A stretch of DNA of 62,934 bases, filler included, from Dicyema japonicum (lineage: Eukaryota > Animalia > Dicyemida): the NCBI GenBank assembly GCA_011109175.1. It is 10 parts of 10 records of this genome, joined end to end, with 100 filler letters (N's around TTAATTAATTAA, not from the genome) between each part and the next. Parts side by side here need not be neighbours in the genome. Positions count along the whole stretch, not along the records: positions 27,475 to 29,707 come from RDEW01000028.1; positions 29,808 to 34,429 come from RDEW01000306.1; positions 34,530 to 38,456 come from RDEW01000324.1; positions 38,557 to 44,483 come from RDEW01000142.1; 6 more parts are not named here. One strand, given 5' to 3'. A model generated the notes under the pieces. The model was not told the DNA's origin, did not search any database, and saw nothing but the letters and a program-made list of their open reading frames with translations. Below, piece after piece: positions 27,556 through 39,391 of this stretch (positions within the stretch are counted from its first letter, which is position 1; each line of letters starts with the position of its first letter). Made by a program: the position numbers and the translations under genes.

Positions 27556-29100
27556 TTAATATGTGAACTGCATTTGGTGACGGACACATGACTTCCAGTT
27601 CTTAAGAATTGATTGGTTCTCATGAGTAGAGACAAAGTTAGCCGTATAAGGAGCTTTCATTACACTGACAAACTCCTCATAACTTAACTTTTCATCTCCG
27701 TCCTCATCAAAAATCCCAAACAGCACATCAACTAAATTAGTAGAGATCTCATTTCCAGTCGCAATTTTAGCAGCTCTTATAAACTCATCTATTTTTCATA
27801 ATTAAAAAAATCCTCAAAAACCTTTAGTGATCGAAATTCCCGCTATAGTGTGCATCTGAATTGCCACGTCAAACTTCCTCATGTTCGATAAAAGTGTATG
27901 GAACTGTAAACTCATCTATTTTTCATAATTAAAAAAATCCTCAAAAACCTTTAGTGATCGAAATTCCCGCTATAGTGTGCATCTGAATTGCCACGTCAAA
28001 CTTCCTCATGTTCGATAAAAGTGTATGGAACTGAGTAAATTCAACATAAGTTATTTCGTTGTCGATATTATTATTCATTAATCTCCTCATAAATGGCTCA
28101 GGTGAAGCATTCGTGTGATTTCTGAGTAAAAGAGTTACGAATTCAATGGAAGAAATCGTATTTAGTCCTTTAGAGAATTCATTAAATTCAAGTCGTCTAA
28201 ATTCAGTTTGCAATCCTTGAGCGAACGTTTCCAATTCGTCCAACGTGAGATAATCAGTTTGTGAATAACCAAAAAGACGTGTCAAAATTGTAGTATTTTT
28301 TGTCCCCTCTTCATAAACCAAAACCTTTGATTAAAACATAAAATCAAACATCCATGAATTCATTTCTAGTAATAGTTTTGTCCTGATCTAAGTCGAACAT
28401 TCTGAACGTTACTTTAAGACCGAGTGGATCTAAATGTTATTATCATTTTTATTACTTGTAAGTAAAAATATCACAAAGGCATATTCAACAAATGCAATTA
28501 TGCCTATAAATAAATATAAATAACAAATGGACCATTATTTTCTAGTTTTGNAAATATCACAAAGGCATATTCAACAAATGCAATTATGCCTATAAATAAG
28601 TATAAATAACAAATGGACCATTATTTTCTAGTTTTGTGAGCAAATTTTCTTCAGAAAATCGTTTATTTGGCGTTTTTAACAACATTCTTTCTAATTGAAG
28701 TCTGTCTATTTGCTTCCGACCAAATTTAGCTATTAAATAATATTTGAAATAAAAACGTCGGGGCGATAAGTTAAGGATCGATTCGATGAGATCTCTGGGA
28801 GTCATATAAATTGTTCCCTCAAACTCCAATGAGGCAAAATCTTCAAATCTTTGTCGTGTAATACTTTTTTTCGCGTCAGAAATATTTTTTGTTTGAATTC
28901 GGGTAGGATACTATTGAATAACAGTACTTATTACTTTGGGGACGGTGGAATTATATTTATAGAGACCCCACAATGTAGTTCCTGATATTGCTGAAATTGT
29001 TAGTATTTTGACTTTCTTATTATTTTTTAAACTTTGGGTGGTAAATAAACGCCTCTTTGAATATTTCAACGTTTGAGAAATATTTAAAAATAGAGTTCTC
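27556..29100 (-). CDS. MICU2/MICU3-like mitochondrial calcium uptake EF-hand protein, multi-exon; 5' end uncertain
   Basis: Spliced product has FASLEFEGTIYMTPRD, EF hands FDLDQDKTITRNEF and FDEDGDEKLSYEEF, LQTE..LEF..FSKGL and C-terminal WKSC; internal duplications at about 27780-28033 and 28474-28630 look like assembly overlaps. Confidence 0.85.
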
Positions 29101-31399
29101 TAAGTAGTTTTTAATGAATCTTTAAACCACCATAAGAATACTATTTCATATAGTATTTATTAAATTATCACTTATATTTAAAATATATCTCAAATAAAAA
29201 TTCAAAATTTCAATTATACGTGGATTTATAATTGAAATCATTTTTGACAGTTTCTTATTATCCAATTTTATTGGTCGATATCTACTTGGTCTCTTAGTCT
29301 TGTTACTCGCTGAAAATTAATCTTCTTTTTTTAAAGGAGCCAACCATCATTTTTTCAATATCCATTTTGCCAAATCTAATGAAATGCGGTCGATTCGTTC
29401 CTTATCCACATATATATAGGCATATATATTACTCTCAATAAATAAGATAGTTACTTGCATCGTCTAATTGCTTTTCAGACATTTTAGTTCCATGTTTATG
29501 TTCAGCTGTCATACTTTTTAAATAGTCGGTGTTTTATAATCCACCACATTGAGTGGTCAAATGGTTTGATGTCTTTTATTATAATGGTTACATTAAATTC
29601 CCAAATTGCAAAAAAACAAAATTTTGTTTTATTGCAGGCAGTATAATCATAACTACACCTTTTTTACTTTGCTTTCAGAAATTTTCACATTGCTGTCAGA
29701 AATATATNNNNNNNNNNNNNNNNNNNNNNNNNNNNNNNNNNNNNNNNNNNNTTAATTAATTAANNNNNNNNNNNNNNNNNNNNNNNNNNNNNNNNNNNNN
29801 NNNNNNNAAATAAAATAATCTGGGTACATGAAGCTTCAGAAACTAAAAAATCATGGAATATACCAAGGATCTGGTTCCCAAACCAAAAGGAGCAGGACCC
29901 ACGCACATGAAAATTAATAAATTGTCGCTAAGGAATGGGATTTAAAAAAAATCTATTTTCACGTGGTTCAACAAATAACAAAATTTAAATTATAAAATTA
30001 AAAATGATTGTAAAATAGTATAAAAAATTTTAATTAATAAGGTCGAGTCTGCCTTTTAGTGAGCATAACTTGTTGTACAAGAAGTCTTTTGACCGAGCTG
30101 AATCGTCGCCAACTTGTTCCCTCTTAATAAATGACCACGTGTCTGCCACAAATATTAATCCATTTGACAGCAGGCGAAGCACTTGAAAATTACAGAAATA
30201 ACTACATCTGAGGAGGACTGTTGAGTCTCGTACATAATTCCTCATGCAAAGAAATGGTCGATTCGTCAGAGAGTCGCTTCAGGTTCCCTTGATCAACTCG
30301 TAGTCATCAATTTGCAACACTTTCTAAAAATATGAACTAATGGGTTACGTTTAAAAGGGTTTTATCCTTGCTGATTAGTCCATCATTTAACATCACACTT
30401 AATGAACAAACTCCGTCAACTCTTTCTTCAAATGTTGAGGCTTTTCTCTTTTTTGGTTTCACAACATCCATTGACGCATGTTGATAGCTATCTATTTAAA
30501 TTTAAATTTTATTTATTTATTAAAATTATTTTAAAAAATATAATTAAAATATATAAAACAAGGGTCAGGAAACTATCGCTCACAAACCAAATTTGGATCT
30601 TTTATAGTTGCATATTATAATAGTACGTCCGAGGATTAGTAACTGTCCCATGTTATTTCAGTTCGAGTGATTTGGGCTCTAAACACAGAGTAGTCAAAAA
30701 AAAACAAATGATTAACACCCACTTGGATATATCGGTATTTTCGCTGAATGTCAAGTATTCTTATCATGATCCACAAAGTTTCGCACTGGATGGGATTCGA
30801 ATACAAATTTTGTGCATCCGACACTTTTCTTGTTCAGGAATTCAAATTTATGATGTCTCATGATTGAGATAAGTAAGACAAATTCTTTCACCATCATGAA
30901 GAAAAGTAGAAGAGGTTACGTCACCACCTCAACTTTAGGACTAATAATCCTAATTAGAACTTAACTAACCATAATCGTGGCATAACAATAGTTGTGTGAT
31001 TTTCATAGCAAAGTGACTTATTGAAATAACATAAAATCATGCCTCTACTGGAATTTCAAGTTATATATTTTCCCTCAGTAGTTATATTTGAACATTTGTT
31101 AATAATTCTCAGTAGAAAGTTCTCTGGTGATCACTGGAAGGTACTCGAACAGTTTCCCTGTTCGTCACAACATTGTTTTTGGTGGTAAACGTAACAGCTC
31201 CCTTTTTTCATCAATTAACAGCTTTTTGTTGATTGTAATCACTGTTAGGAAACAACCTGTAGCAGCTTCCCTGGTGATCACTATTAAGAAGGTACTCTAA
31301 CTGTAATAACAAAAATTCATAAGGGAAACCTTCCAATAACCCTTTCTATAAAATCCTTCTCAGATTCCTTAAAAATCTCAAAATATGAGATTACTTAAA

Positions 31400-31700
31400 A
31401 ATGATGTACAGGATAACCGCCTTGGCATGATCGACTTCCCAATGGTTTAATTATTTTTTTAATTATTTTTAAACGTTCTCCCTTTATATTTTAAAAAAGC
31501 GACTTAACTAAAATTATTAATATGGAATGTAAAAAATCTCCTGAAGATTATTCGTTCCTTATATATAGTCAGCCATCCACGGAATTTGTCGAAAGATGTT
31601 TTTCGCAATTCAAGAGTTTTTTTGAGGACAAACAAAAACTTTTGTACACGAAATCTTGAAAATTACGTAATGTTATTTTCAATAAATAGTCTTTAAAAAA
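31400..31700 (+). mobile_element. hAT dimerisation-domain remnant
   Basis: STEFVERCFSQFKSFFEDKQK..NLENYVML, matching the S..VER.FS..K motif. Confidence 0.55.
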
Positions 31701-31759
31701 CAACATTTGTCATTTATTGTTTCGTATCTATATTTTTTCAAGTTTAAAAAAAAAAAAAA

Positions 31760-34429
31760 ACGTGTTGTCGTTGTGTGTTGTGTTGTTGTTTTTCGCCTAT
31801 TGAGATATTCTCCTTTTTTGATTTTTCGCCTATTGAGATTATTCCCCTATTCTTGATTTTCGCCTATTGTTGATTCAGTGGAATGTTACTCGAAAAGTCA
31901 TCGTCTAATTGCTCTGCCTGCAACATGAGCAATTTGAGAAAGTTTGGAATTTCTTGTTCTGCCTGTGGAGTCTTCTTTCACCTCGGGTGTTTGAAGCTCT
32001 CTCAGGCCTCTATCCGTGCTCTTGGGGTATGGCACTGCCGCTCGTGCCTTGGAATTGGTTCGGGGTTTCCTAATGGTCACGCGAGTGCATGTACCTCCGG
32101 GGAAGACCTTTCCCATTTGGATCCAGATTCGCTGCTCAAAATTATCAATGAACGCCGGTCATCGAGGAGTATCCCGGTGAAGATCCCTAAAGCAGCCCGC
32201 CCCCTAGCTGCCGAAGCCTTAACCAAAGCAATCGACGATGCACTCCGCTCCGACTCTATAAACGACTGGATACGTTTGTTTAATTTTGCTCCTTTCGCTC
32301 TTGGCTCTTAGAGATCGCAATGGGAAGAGTCTCTCTCGATTGAGATGAAGAACAACATCCGCGCATTTATGGATGGAACTCACTTTACGGACCTCACGTC
32401 CTTCTGCATCCGTTCAACTGAGACTCGGAGTTCAACTCGGGAAACGGAGATTCTTCGCCTAAGAAGGACCGTACGATCGAAGTTGCTTGAAGGAGGAACC
32501 CGATCCGTATTGAAGGCCCTCTCACTCTCAGATGGACCACGCAATCCAACCATTGATACTTACAAGACTCTATTGGGGAAACATCCACCCTCTCAGAATG
32601 ACCTACGCCATTGCTTGCCCCCATCAGAAGTGATCCCTTTGACCACGTCGCCTGAGGATGTCATCACGGCGTTATGGAACTTTGCACCAAGTAGCTGTGG
32701 AGGTCTCGATGGCTTAAGGCCCGGCCATCTTAAAGACCCTATTTCACCGACTATTGGAGACCAAGCAAGTCGTCTTTCATACTCACTTTCTCTTATGAAC
32801 AGGATATTATCTGGACATCTGCCTGATTTGATACGTCATATCTTGTTTTCGGCTAGTCTGATTGCCGTCTACAAGAAGGGAGGTGGAATCCGCCCGATCG
32901 CGGTCGGATTCACTTTCAGAAGACTAGCGGCCAAGATTGCTTCCAGATTTTCTACGTCAATCTTGTCAAAATCCTTACTTCCCAGTCAAGTTGGAGTCGG
33001 AGTTCGTCTTGGATGTGAGGCAGCCGTTCACTTCGTCAGAAGATTCAGGAACAGCAGCATTCAAGACTTTAAAAGGCACATTATGGTAAAACTGGACATC
33101 AAGAACGCTTTTAACAGCTTAAGAAGAGACTGCATTCTGGAGGCCTGCAAGGAAAGATGTCCGTACATATTTGAACTGGTCAATTATTCATACGGAAAAC
33201 CTTCATCACTATTGCACGGGGATTTCATAGTTCCATCGTCCTCAGGTGTTCAACAGGGCGACCCCCTCGGACCACTGCTGTTCTCCCTCGGCATTGAGAG
33301 GATCACGAAGCTCTCTAGATGCCCACTCAACATCTGGTACCTCGATGACGCTGTCTTAGGAGGTCCCCCGGAAACGGTCTTCCAGGACTTAGAAGTACTC
33401 ACCCCCGCTGTCCGAGGTGGGTCTTCAGTTGAATATAACGAAATGTGAAATAACAAACTGTGGTCTTGCTGACGATGACTTCTCTTCAATTGTTCAAAAA
33501 TTTTACTCCTTGTTTCCCGGTGGGATTTCGACCCCTGAAAATGAATTGATTTTTCTTGGATCCCCGATCACTAGTAATGCGATGAAGCATGTCCTCCTTG
33601 ACAAAAAACGACTCCTATGCGATTCGCTGGAAAGATTACAGCTGCTGGACTTGCACACAGCACTATTCCTATTGAAAAGAAGTCTCAACATCCAGAGAAT
33701 CTCCTATCTACTAAGGACAGCTCCATATTATTCTCAACTGGAGCTGCTCGAGAATTTTGATTTGTCTCTCCTCAGCTCGACGGAGCAAATATTTAATGTC
33801 CGATTCGACGATGATACATGGATGCAGGCTACACTCCCAGTTAGATTCGGGGGTCTTGGAATCCGTCGAACTTTGGACGTCTCACTTCCCGCTCATTTAT
33901 CATCACTCACGGCCTGCGAACCTTTGGTCAGGAGGATTCTACACTCCCCACCCGAATTCTCAACTGACCAAGAGATAATCCACGCACGAGAAGCCTGGAA
34001 TGCCACCAACCTCCCCCTGCCTCCTTCCCAAGATCGCCAGCGAAACCTGGACAACTTATTATGCTGGAAATCATTTGGACTCCTACTGAATCTGCCAATC
34101 AGCACCGACGCGCTTGTTTGCTTTCGGGGGCTTCCCCTGAGAGCGGAGCTTGGCTAAACGCCATCCCCAATGGAGCTTTGGGCACTTTTCTGGATGATGA
34201 ATGCGTTAGAACTGGTATCTCTCTGCGGCTGGGACTAAAAGTATGTGTACCTCACCCGTGCCGATGTGGCATCCTGATAGACTGCTATGGCCTGCACCCT
34301 CTCGCCTGCAGGAGGAGCGCTGGCAGATCCCCAAGGCACAAGGCTCTGAATGAAATTGTCAGGCGAGCTATGGATGCTGCTGGATACTCGGCCATTCTTG
34401 AACCGGTCGGGTTATGCAGAAGTGACGGG
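31760..34429 (+). mobile_element. CRE-clade non-LTR retrotransposon: PHD finger - RT - zinc knuckle - REL; near full length, 3' end lost in gap
   Basis: ORF from 31883 (one in-frame TAG at 32309, frameshifts near 33420 and 34140): PHD C4HC3, GGIRPIAVG, LGCEAAVH, KLDIKNAFNS, QQGDPLGP, WYLDD, LPVRFGGLG, CRCG..H..C..RH..LN, EP.GL.RSDG. Confidence 0.9.
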
Positions 34430-35499
34430 NNNNNNNNNNNNNNNNNNNNNNNNNNNNNNNNNNNNNNNNNNNNTTAATTAATTAANNNNNNNNNNNNNNN
34501 NNNNNNNNNNNNNNNNNNNNNNNNNNNNNTGAAGTTGATGTTTTGTTCGTCTGTTCCTCCTCTCTTTTCCAAGAAGGACCAAGTTCTTCCATTTATTTGG
34601 AATAAGTGATTGTTTATGGACAGATTGGAAATAACAGTAATTGCGTAAATAACCATATTACCGATATGCTTCAATATAATTGGAGAAACACCATCAGAGT
34701 CACANCTTCACCCAGAAAGATTGGTTCCTGAGGACAATCTCAGACGGTTTAATTGAAAACGCAATTCCCCAAGCTTTAAATAGCCGCGTGGCGGCATGTG
34801 GTGTTTCGTGGCTAATTGGTTGAAGTTGATGTTTTGTTCGTCTGTTCCTCCTCTCTTTTCCAAGAAGGACCAAGTTCTTCCATTTATTTGGAATAAGTGA
34901 TTGTTTATGGACAGATTGGAAATAACAGTAATTGCGTAAATAACCATATTACCGATATGCTTCAATATAATTGGAGAAACACCATCAGAGTCACACGGAC
35001 GAAAAGGCATGCATAATAGTGTTCCTGATAATTTCCGGCGAAAATAAACCAGAACACGAGGTGGGGTTAGGTCTACGCGTCATAGGAACTTCAGTCTTTG
35101 TGAGTGACCGTGAGTGAGGTCACCTCCTCATGAGTGAGTTTCTTTCCTTTACAAATCGAGTGGTATCTGAATCAATTGCCTGGTTTATGGACTTTGAGGT
35201 TGTTCGAGACACGAACCGCCTATCAGCAAATAATAAAAAAATCAGTTAAGGAATTCACAACCACGTCAATAGAAGTATAAAAAAACTTGAGTGAAATTCT
35301 ATAAAGTTACAATCTACTAACAACTATAAATTATATCATATGATTATAATCACTAGTAAACTCTTCAGAAACACTAAGAAATTGTAGAATTCTTGGGAGA
35401 GTGTATTGATAGATCAGGTAAAATTATCGTTACGTCATGTTGTGTTTGGTACAGAGATTCAAAATCACGTTTTCCGAAGGAATTGAAAATAATATTTCC

Positions 35500-37540
35500 T
35501 CGAGGGTCAAAGATTGGAAGTAAAATCACTGTGTATGTTTGGGGTTTAAGTCAGAATATACATTGTTTTTCTGTACTTCTGACATATTGCCGTAAGCCAC
35601 CGATGACTCCATGTTGATCTTCCTGGTCTGAATCCGCTTTGACTTATGACAAGTATTGGTCAACTGAATTTGATATTCAATGTTGTAATCGACAATGTTT
35701 TTCGCAAAGTGGTCAAAAGCACGATCGGCCTGAGATTTTCAATTGGACCTGCAGGTTTCCAGATTTTTGTAAAGGAAGTAGAACTCCCATCGCGATATCA
35801 ATTGAGCAATGAGTCCTTAATATCTTGTTAATTATGAAAGTTCTTTTCTGCTAGCTGGGTTGGTGCGTATATTAACAACTCCCTACAAATATTGTCATAG
35901 CCAGCTGCTCTGTTGTTATTCAGGCGAAGGACTGCTTTGCGAATCTCGGAATCTGTGAACACATTATTAAGTGAACGAGGCTGTCCTTAGAATTGTGTGA
36001 GAGGAATAGTATCCTCCCGATTGAACTGCTTGCTAAAGTGTTGGGGTGTAAGTCCAATACCAAGTGAGCGAACTCATATTAAATTTTTAGATTGGTTTTA
36101 GCTGACCCGCGCTTGAGTAAACGCACAACCATAAACATTAAGTCCAATACCAAGTGAGCGAACTCATATTAAATTTTTAGATTGGTTTTAGCTTACCCGC
36201 GCTTGAGTAAACGCACAGCCATAAACATTTTTTCACCTGAATGTAATCTTTCCACTTCCAATACTCGTTGGTCCAAAAAGTCAGACCATGATCGGAGCAC
36301 ATTCTTCTTAATTTCGTGTTGGATTGTATTCCGCAATTTTTTTAATTCGGATTTTCGTTCAGGATCACAAGTTTCAATTTGAAGTCTTATATCTCGTTGA
36401 CGGATAGACAATTCATTGACTCTCGAGTTATATGCTTTTTTTGATCTTCCTTTCATAGTATTTTCGCGAATCCCAACTGTTTCNNNNNNNNNNNNNNNNN
36501 NNNNNNNNNNNNNNNNNNNNNNNNNNNNNNNNNNNNNNNNNNNNNNNNNNNNNNNNNNNNNNNNNNNNNNNNNNNNNNNNNNNNNNNNNNNNNNNNNNNN
36601 NNNNNNNNNNNNNNNNNNNNNNNNNNNNNNNNNNNNNNNNNNNNNNNNNNNNNNNNNNNNNNNNNNNNNNNNNNNNNNNNNNNNNNNNNNNNNNNNNNNN
36701 NNNNNNNNNNNNNNNNNNNNNNNNNNNNNNNNNNNNNNNNNNNNNNNNNNNNNNNNNNNNNNNNNNNNNNNNNNNNNNNNNNNNNNNNNNNNNTAATAAT
36801 CTCTTGTGCGACTGCTTGCACAAAATATAATCTATTTGATTGAATATTTTTTTTCTCTCCATTTTTGGTTGTTCTACAACCTACCCAGGTGGTCTTGTGT
36901 CGGGCGGCGTGCTGAAATGCCGTGTTGCACAAAAACAAATCGTAGGTATTACAAAAATCGATCATAAAATTTCCAGATGAATTTCGATATCTCATTCCGT
37001 GATTACCAATGCAACGTTCACCTCTGCGTTTAATTCCTTCCTTTGAATTCCAGTCTCCCGCAATAAAAATTAGCGTGGACGAGCAGAGTTGAGAGTATAC
37101 TTCCGATAAACTCATATAAAAATTATCAAAATCATCCATAGAAGTTGATAATTTTCCTGTGTGGTGGGCATACACATTTATGAAAGTCATAATCGATCTC
37201 TTATTACGTGATCCGATATTAAGTTGGATAATAGCAATTCGGTCTGTTACCCTCCATATTTTTTTTCCACAAGTGAGATGTGTATAGCAAAGCCCATCCC
37301 ATAATGACGGGAGTCGGATGGTAGTAGTATTAACCGGTAATTGTCATAGCATACATCTCGTTCCACTGTCACCTTCGTCTCTTGCAGACATGCCACACCG
37401 ATTTTGTATCTTTCTAGATCCGTACATAGAATGTTCTGTTTGATGAATTCCTCTGACATTGAAAGATGTAATGGAAAAAAGCGTAGAGTGGATTGATCGA
37501 AAATACGATAAGGCATTACAATGAGAGTGGTGTCAACCAA
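35500..37540 (-). mobile_element. RTE-clade LINE with APE endonuclease and RT start, degenerate, interrupted by gap
   Basis: CLQETK, INVYA, AGDWNS, NT.F.H..TTW, NQIDYIL, then RAAGYDNI..ELL, LRPIVLLTTLRK, QSGFRPGRST. Confidence 0.85.
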
Positions 37541-37654
37541 CTCAACTTAAATTAAAAGCTCTTTTAAAAATTTTTAAAAACAGAAATAATTATTTAATTT
37601 TTGTTGAATAACCAAAATGAAATAAAATAAAAGTAATGAAATACAAAATTAATT

Positions 37655-38357
37655 ATGGAATCCATAAAATGTTTGGTTGTTGGAGACAGGTAAATTAATA
37701 AAAAATAATTTAGTGCAGTCGGGAAAACAAGTCTCCTTCTTACGTATACAAAAACTTCCGTCAATACTTCATCCATTCCCAAATTGCATCCATCACTATT
37801 TATTTGTAGATTCGAAAACTACTCTCTCCAAATAATGACAAAAAAGGACAAAGCTACGTTCCCCGTTCAATTGGATTTGTGGGACACAGCAGCAGATGAC
37901 AATTACGACCGCCTCAGACCTATATCGTACGCCCAGACTGTTTTATAGTATAAAATATTCCTAGGACGTGTTCTTAGTGTGCTTTTCTGTGGTCATCCCC
38001 CAGTCTTTTCGGAACATTGAATCGAAGGTACCTTTGACGGAAAATGGTAGTGGCTTCCGGAAATCAACTTATACTGCCCCGAAGCGATATTTTTGATTGT
38101 GGGGACACAAAGCGATCTCCGAGACGACAAGGAAAAGATCCAAGAACTTGAGACATTGAACATGTCTCCTATAAAGTACAACGAAGGACAAGAACTGAAC
38201 AAACGAACAGGTTTGTAAAAATCCCATGATTGGAGGTGGAGTAAAGTACATTGAATGTTCATCCCTCACCACCTCTAATATTAAGGAGGTCTTTGAATAT
38301 TCCATCAAATCTGCTTTATCCCGAAAACTCAAAAAGAAGATCTGCAATGTGATATGA
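37655..38357 (+). CDS. Atypical Rac-family (Rho) small GTPase, six exons, CAAX end CNVI
   Basis: Introns 37690-37713, 37786-37809 (GC-AG), 37940-37964, 38028-38050, 38211-38235; spliced ORF intact: IKCLVVGDSAVGKT..FENY..WDTAADDNYDRLRPISY..VGTQSDLRDD..YIECSS..KKKICNVI. Confidence 0.92.
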
Positions 38358-39391
38358 CGTCATAAATTAATTAAAATGCGTTTCCTGGTGAGGCGTTGTT
38401 TTCTAAGAAAATTTATAATTATTTGTGTCTTCCCTTTCTAACACATTATTGTGCTTNNNNNNNNNNNNNNNNNNNNNNNNNNNNNNNNNNNNNNNNNNNN
38501 TTAATTAATTAANNNNNNNNNNNNNNNNNNNNNNNNNNNNNNNNNNNNNNNNNNNNGGTCATTGATAAAACTTCAAGTATACAATTTCCAAATTGACTTT
38601 AATGGTATATCCACTTATTTTAAACTAAATTTAATTTAAGTTAGCCGTATTCAGCCGATTCCGGCCATTGGCGATTCTGTTGATCAAATTCCCCTGTCCG
38701 TAACGAGCTCTCAATCTCGAGAAAATCATTTCCGGCTATTTTAACGACTTGCGAAGTTCAACATAAGGTAGTTAATTTAAAACTAACCAATTCACTTGTT
38801 ATCCGCTAAGGATTAACCTCCTCCTTTAACCTACACCACTCCTTTATTCTCTCCAACTCAGTTGAGACTCTTTTTTAACTTTCCACATTATCTAATGACT
38901 TGCTTCAATTATGAGGATGCATGTTGCTAATCATCTTCGAATAAAGAATCTCGAATAGGGATGTTAGTCGTCGTCTGTGGAAATCGTTTAGGTTTTCAGT
39001 GATTAGTACGAGTTCTTCATTGTGCAATAAAGGGACGTCACCACCTCAACGCAAAGACCGTCACCACCCTAACCGATCTACAAAATTAGTTAATTTATTT
39101 TATTGAACCAGAAAACCACCGTCATAGCCAAAAAAACAAGAATTCAGGTGATCCCAGCCTCCCTCAGCAGTTCTCGCAATTTAATTTTATAATTTCTAAT
39201 TGAAATTTTCATTTCCTTTAATCTAGAAATATAATTACATTGTACAAATGATTATAAATTTGGCTACATTTCAAAATTAATTTGTTTATTTCATGAAACA
39301 AAAAAAATAATAAATTGTATTTAGTTTGGCAAAAAAATAATTTTTTTGCATTCCACTCTATCGTTTAAAATCCAAAAAATCCAAATGAATG

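Noticed and set aside
29490-29650. Faint C..C / H..C pattern on the minus strand (R4 knuckle or BED finger)
   Set aside because: Too degenerate to choose between the readings
31898-34105. Several 60-80 aa minus-strand ORFs over the CRE element, and similar ORFs antisense to other TEs and genes
   Set aside because: Shadow ORFs of GC-richer coding sequence with no independent motifs
922-36200. Two-copy direct repeats without N (about 922-1131, 18214-18385, 20994-21275, 22201-22413, 25229-25407, 27781-28033, 36040-36200) as a CRISPR-like or functional array
   Set aside because: Only two adjacent copies, no spacers, read-length scale; one would break the MICU gene, so gap-closing artefacts are likely. 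Long reads could rescue individual cases.
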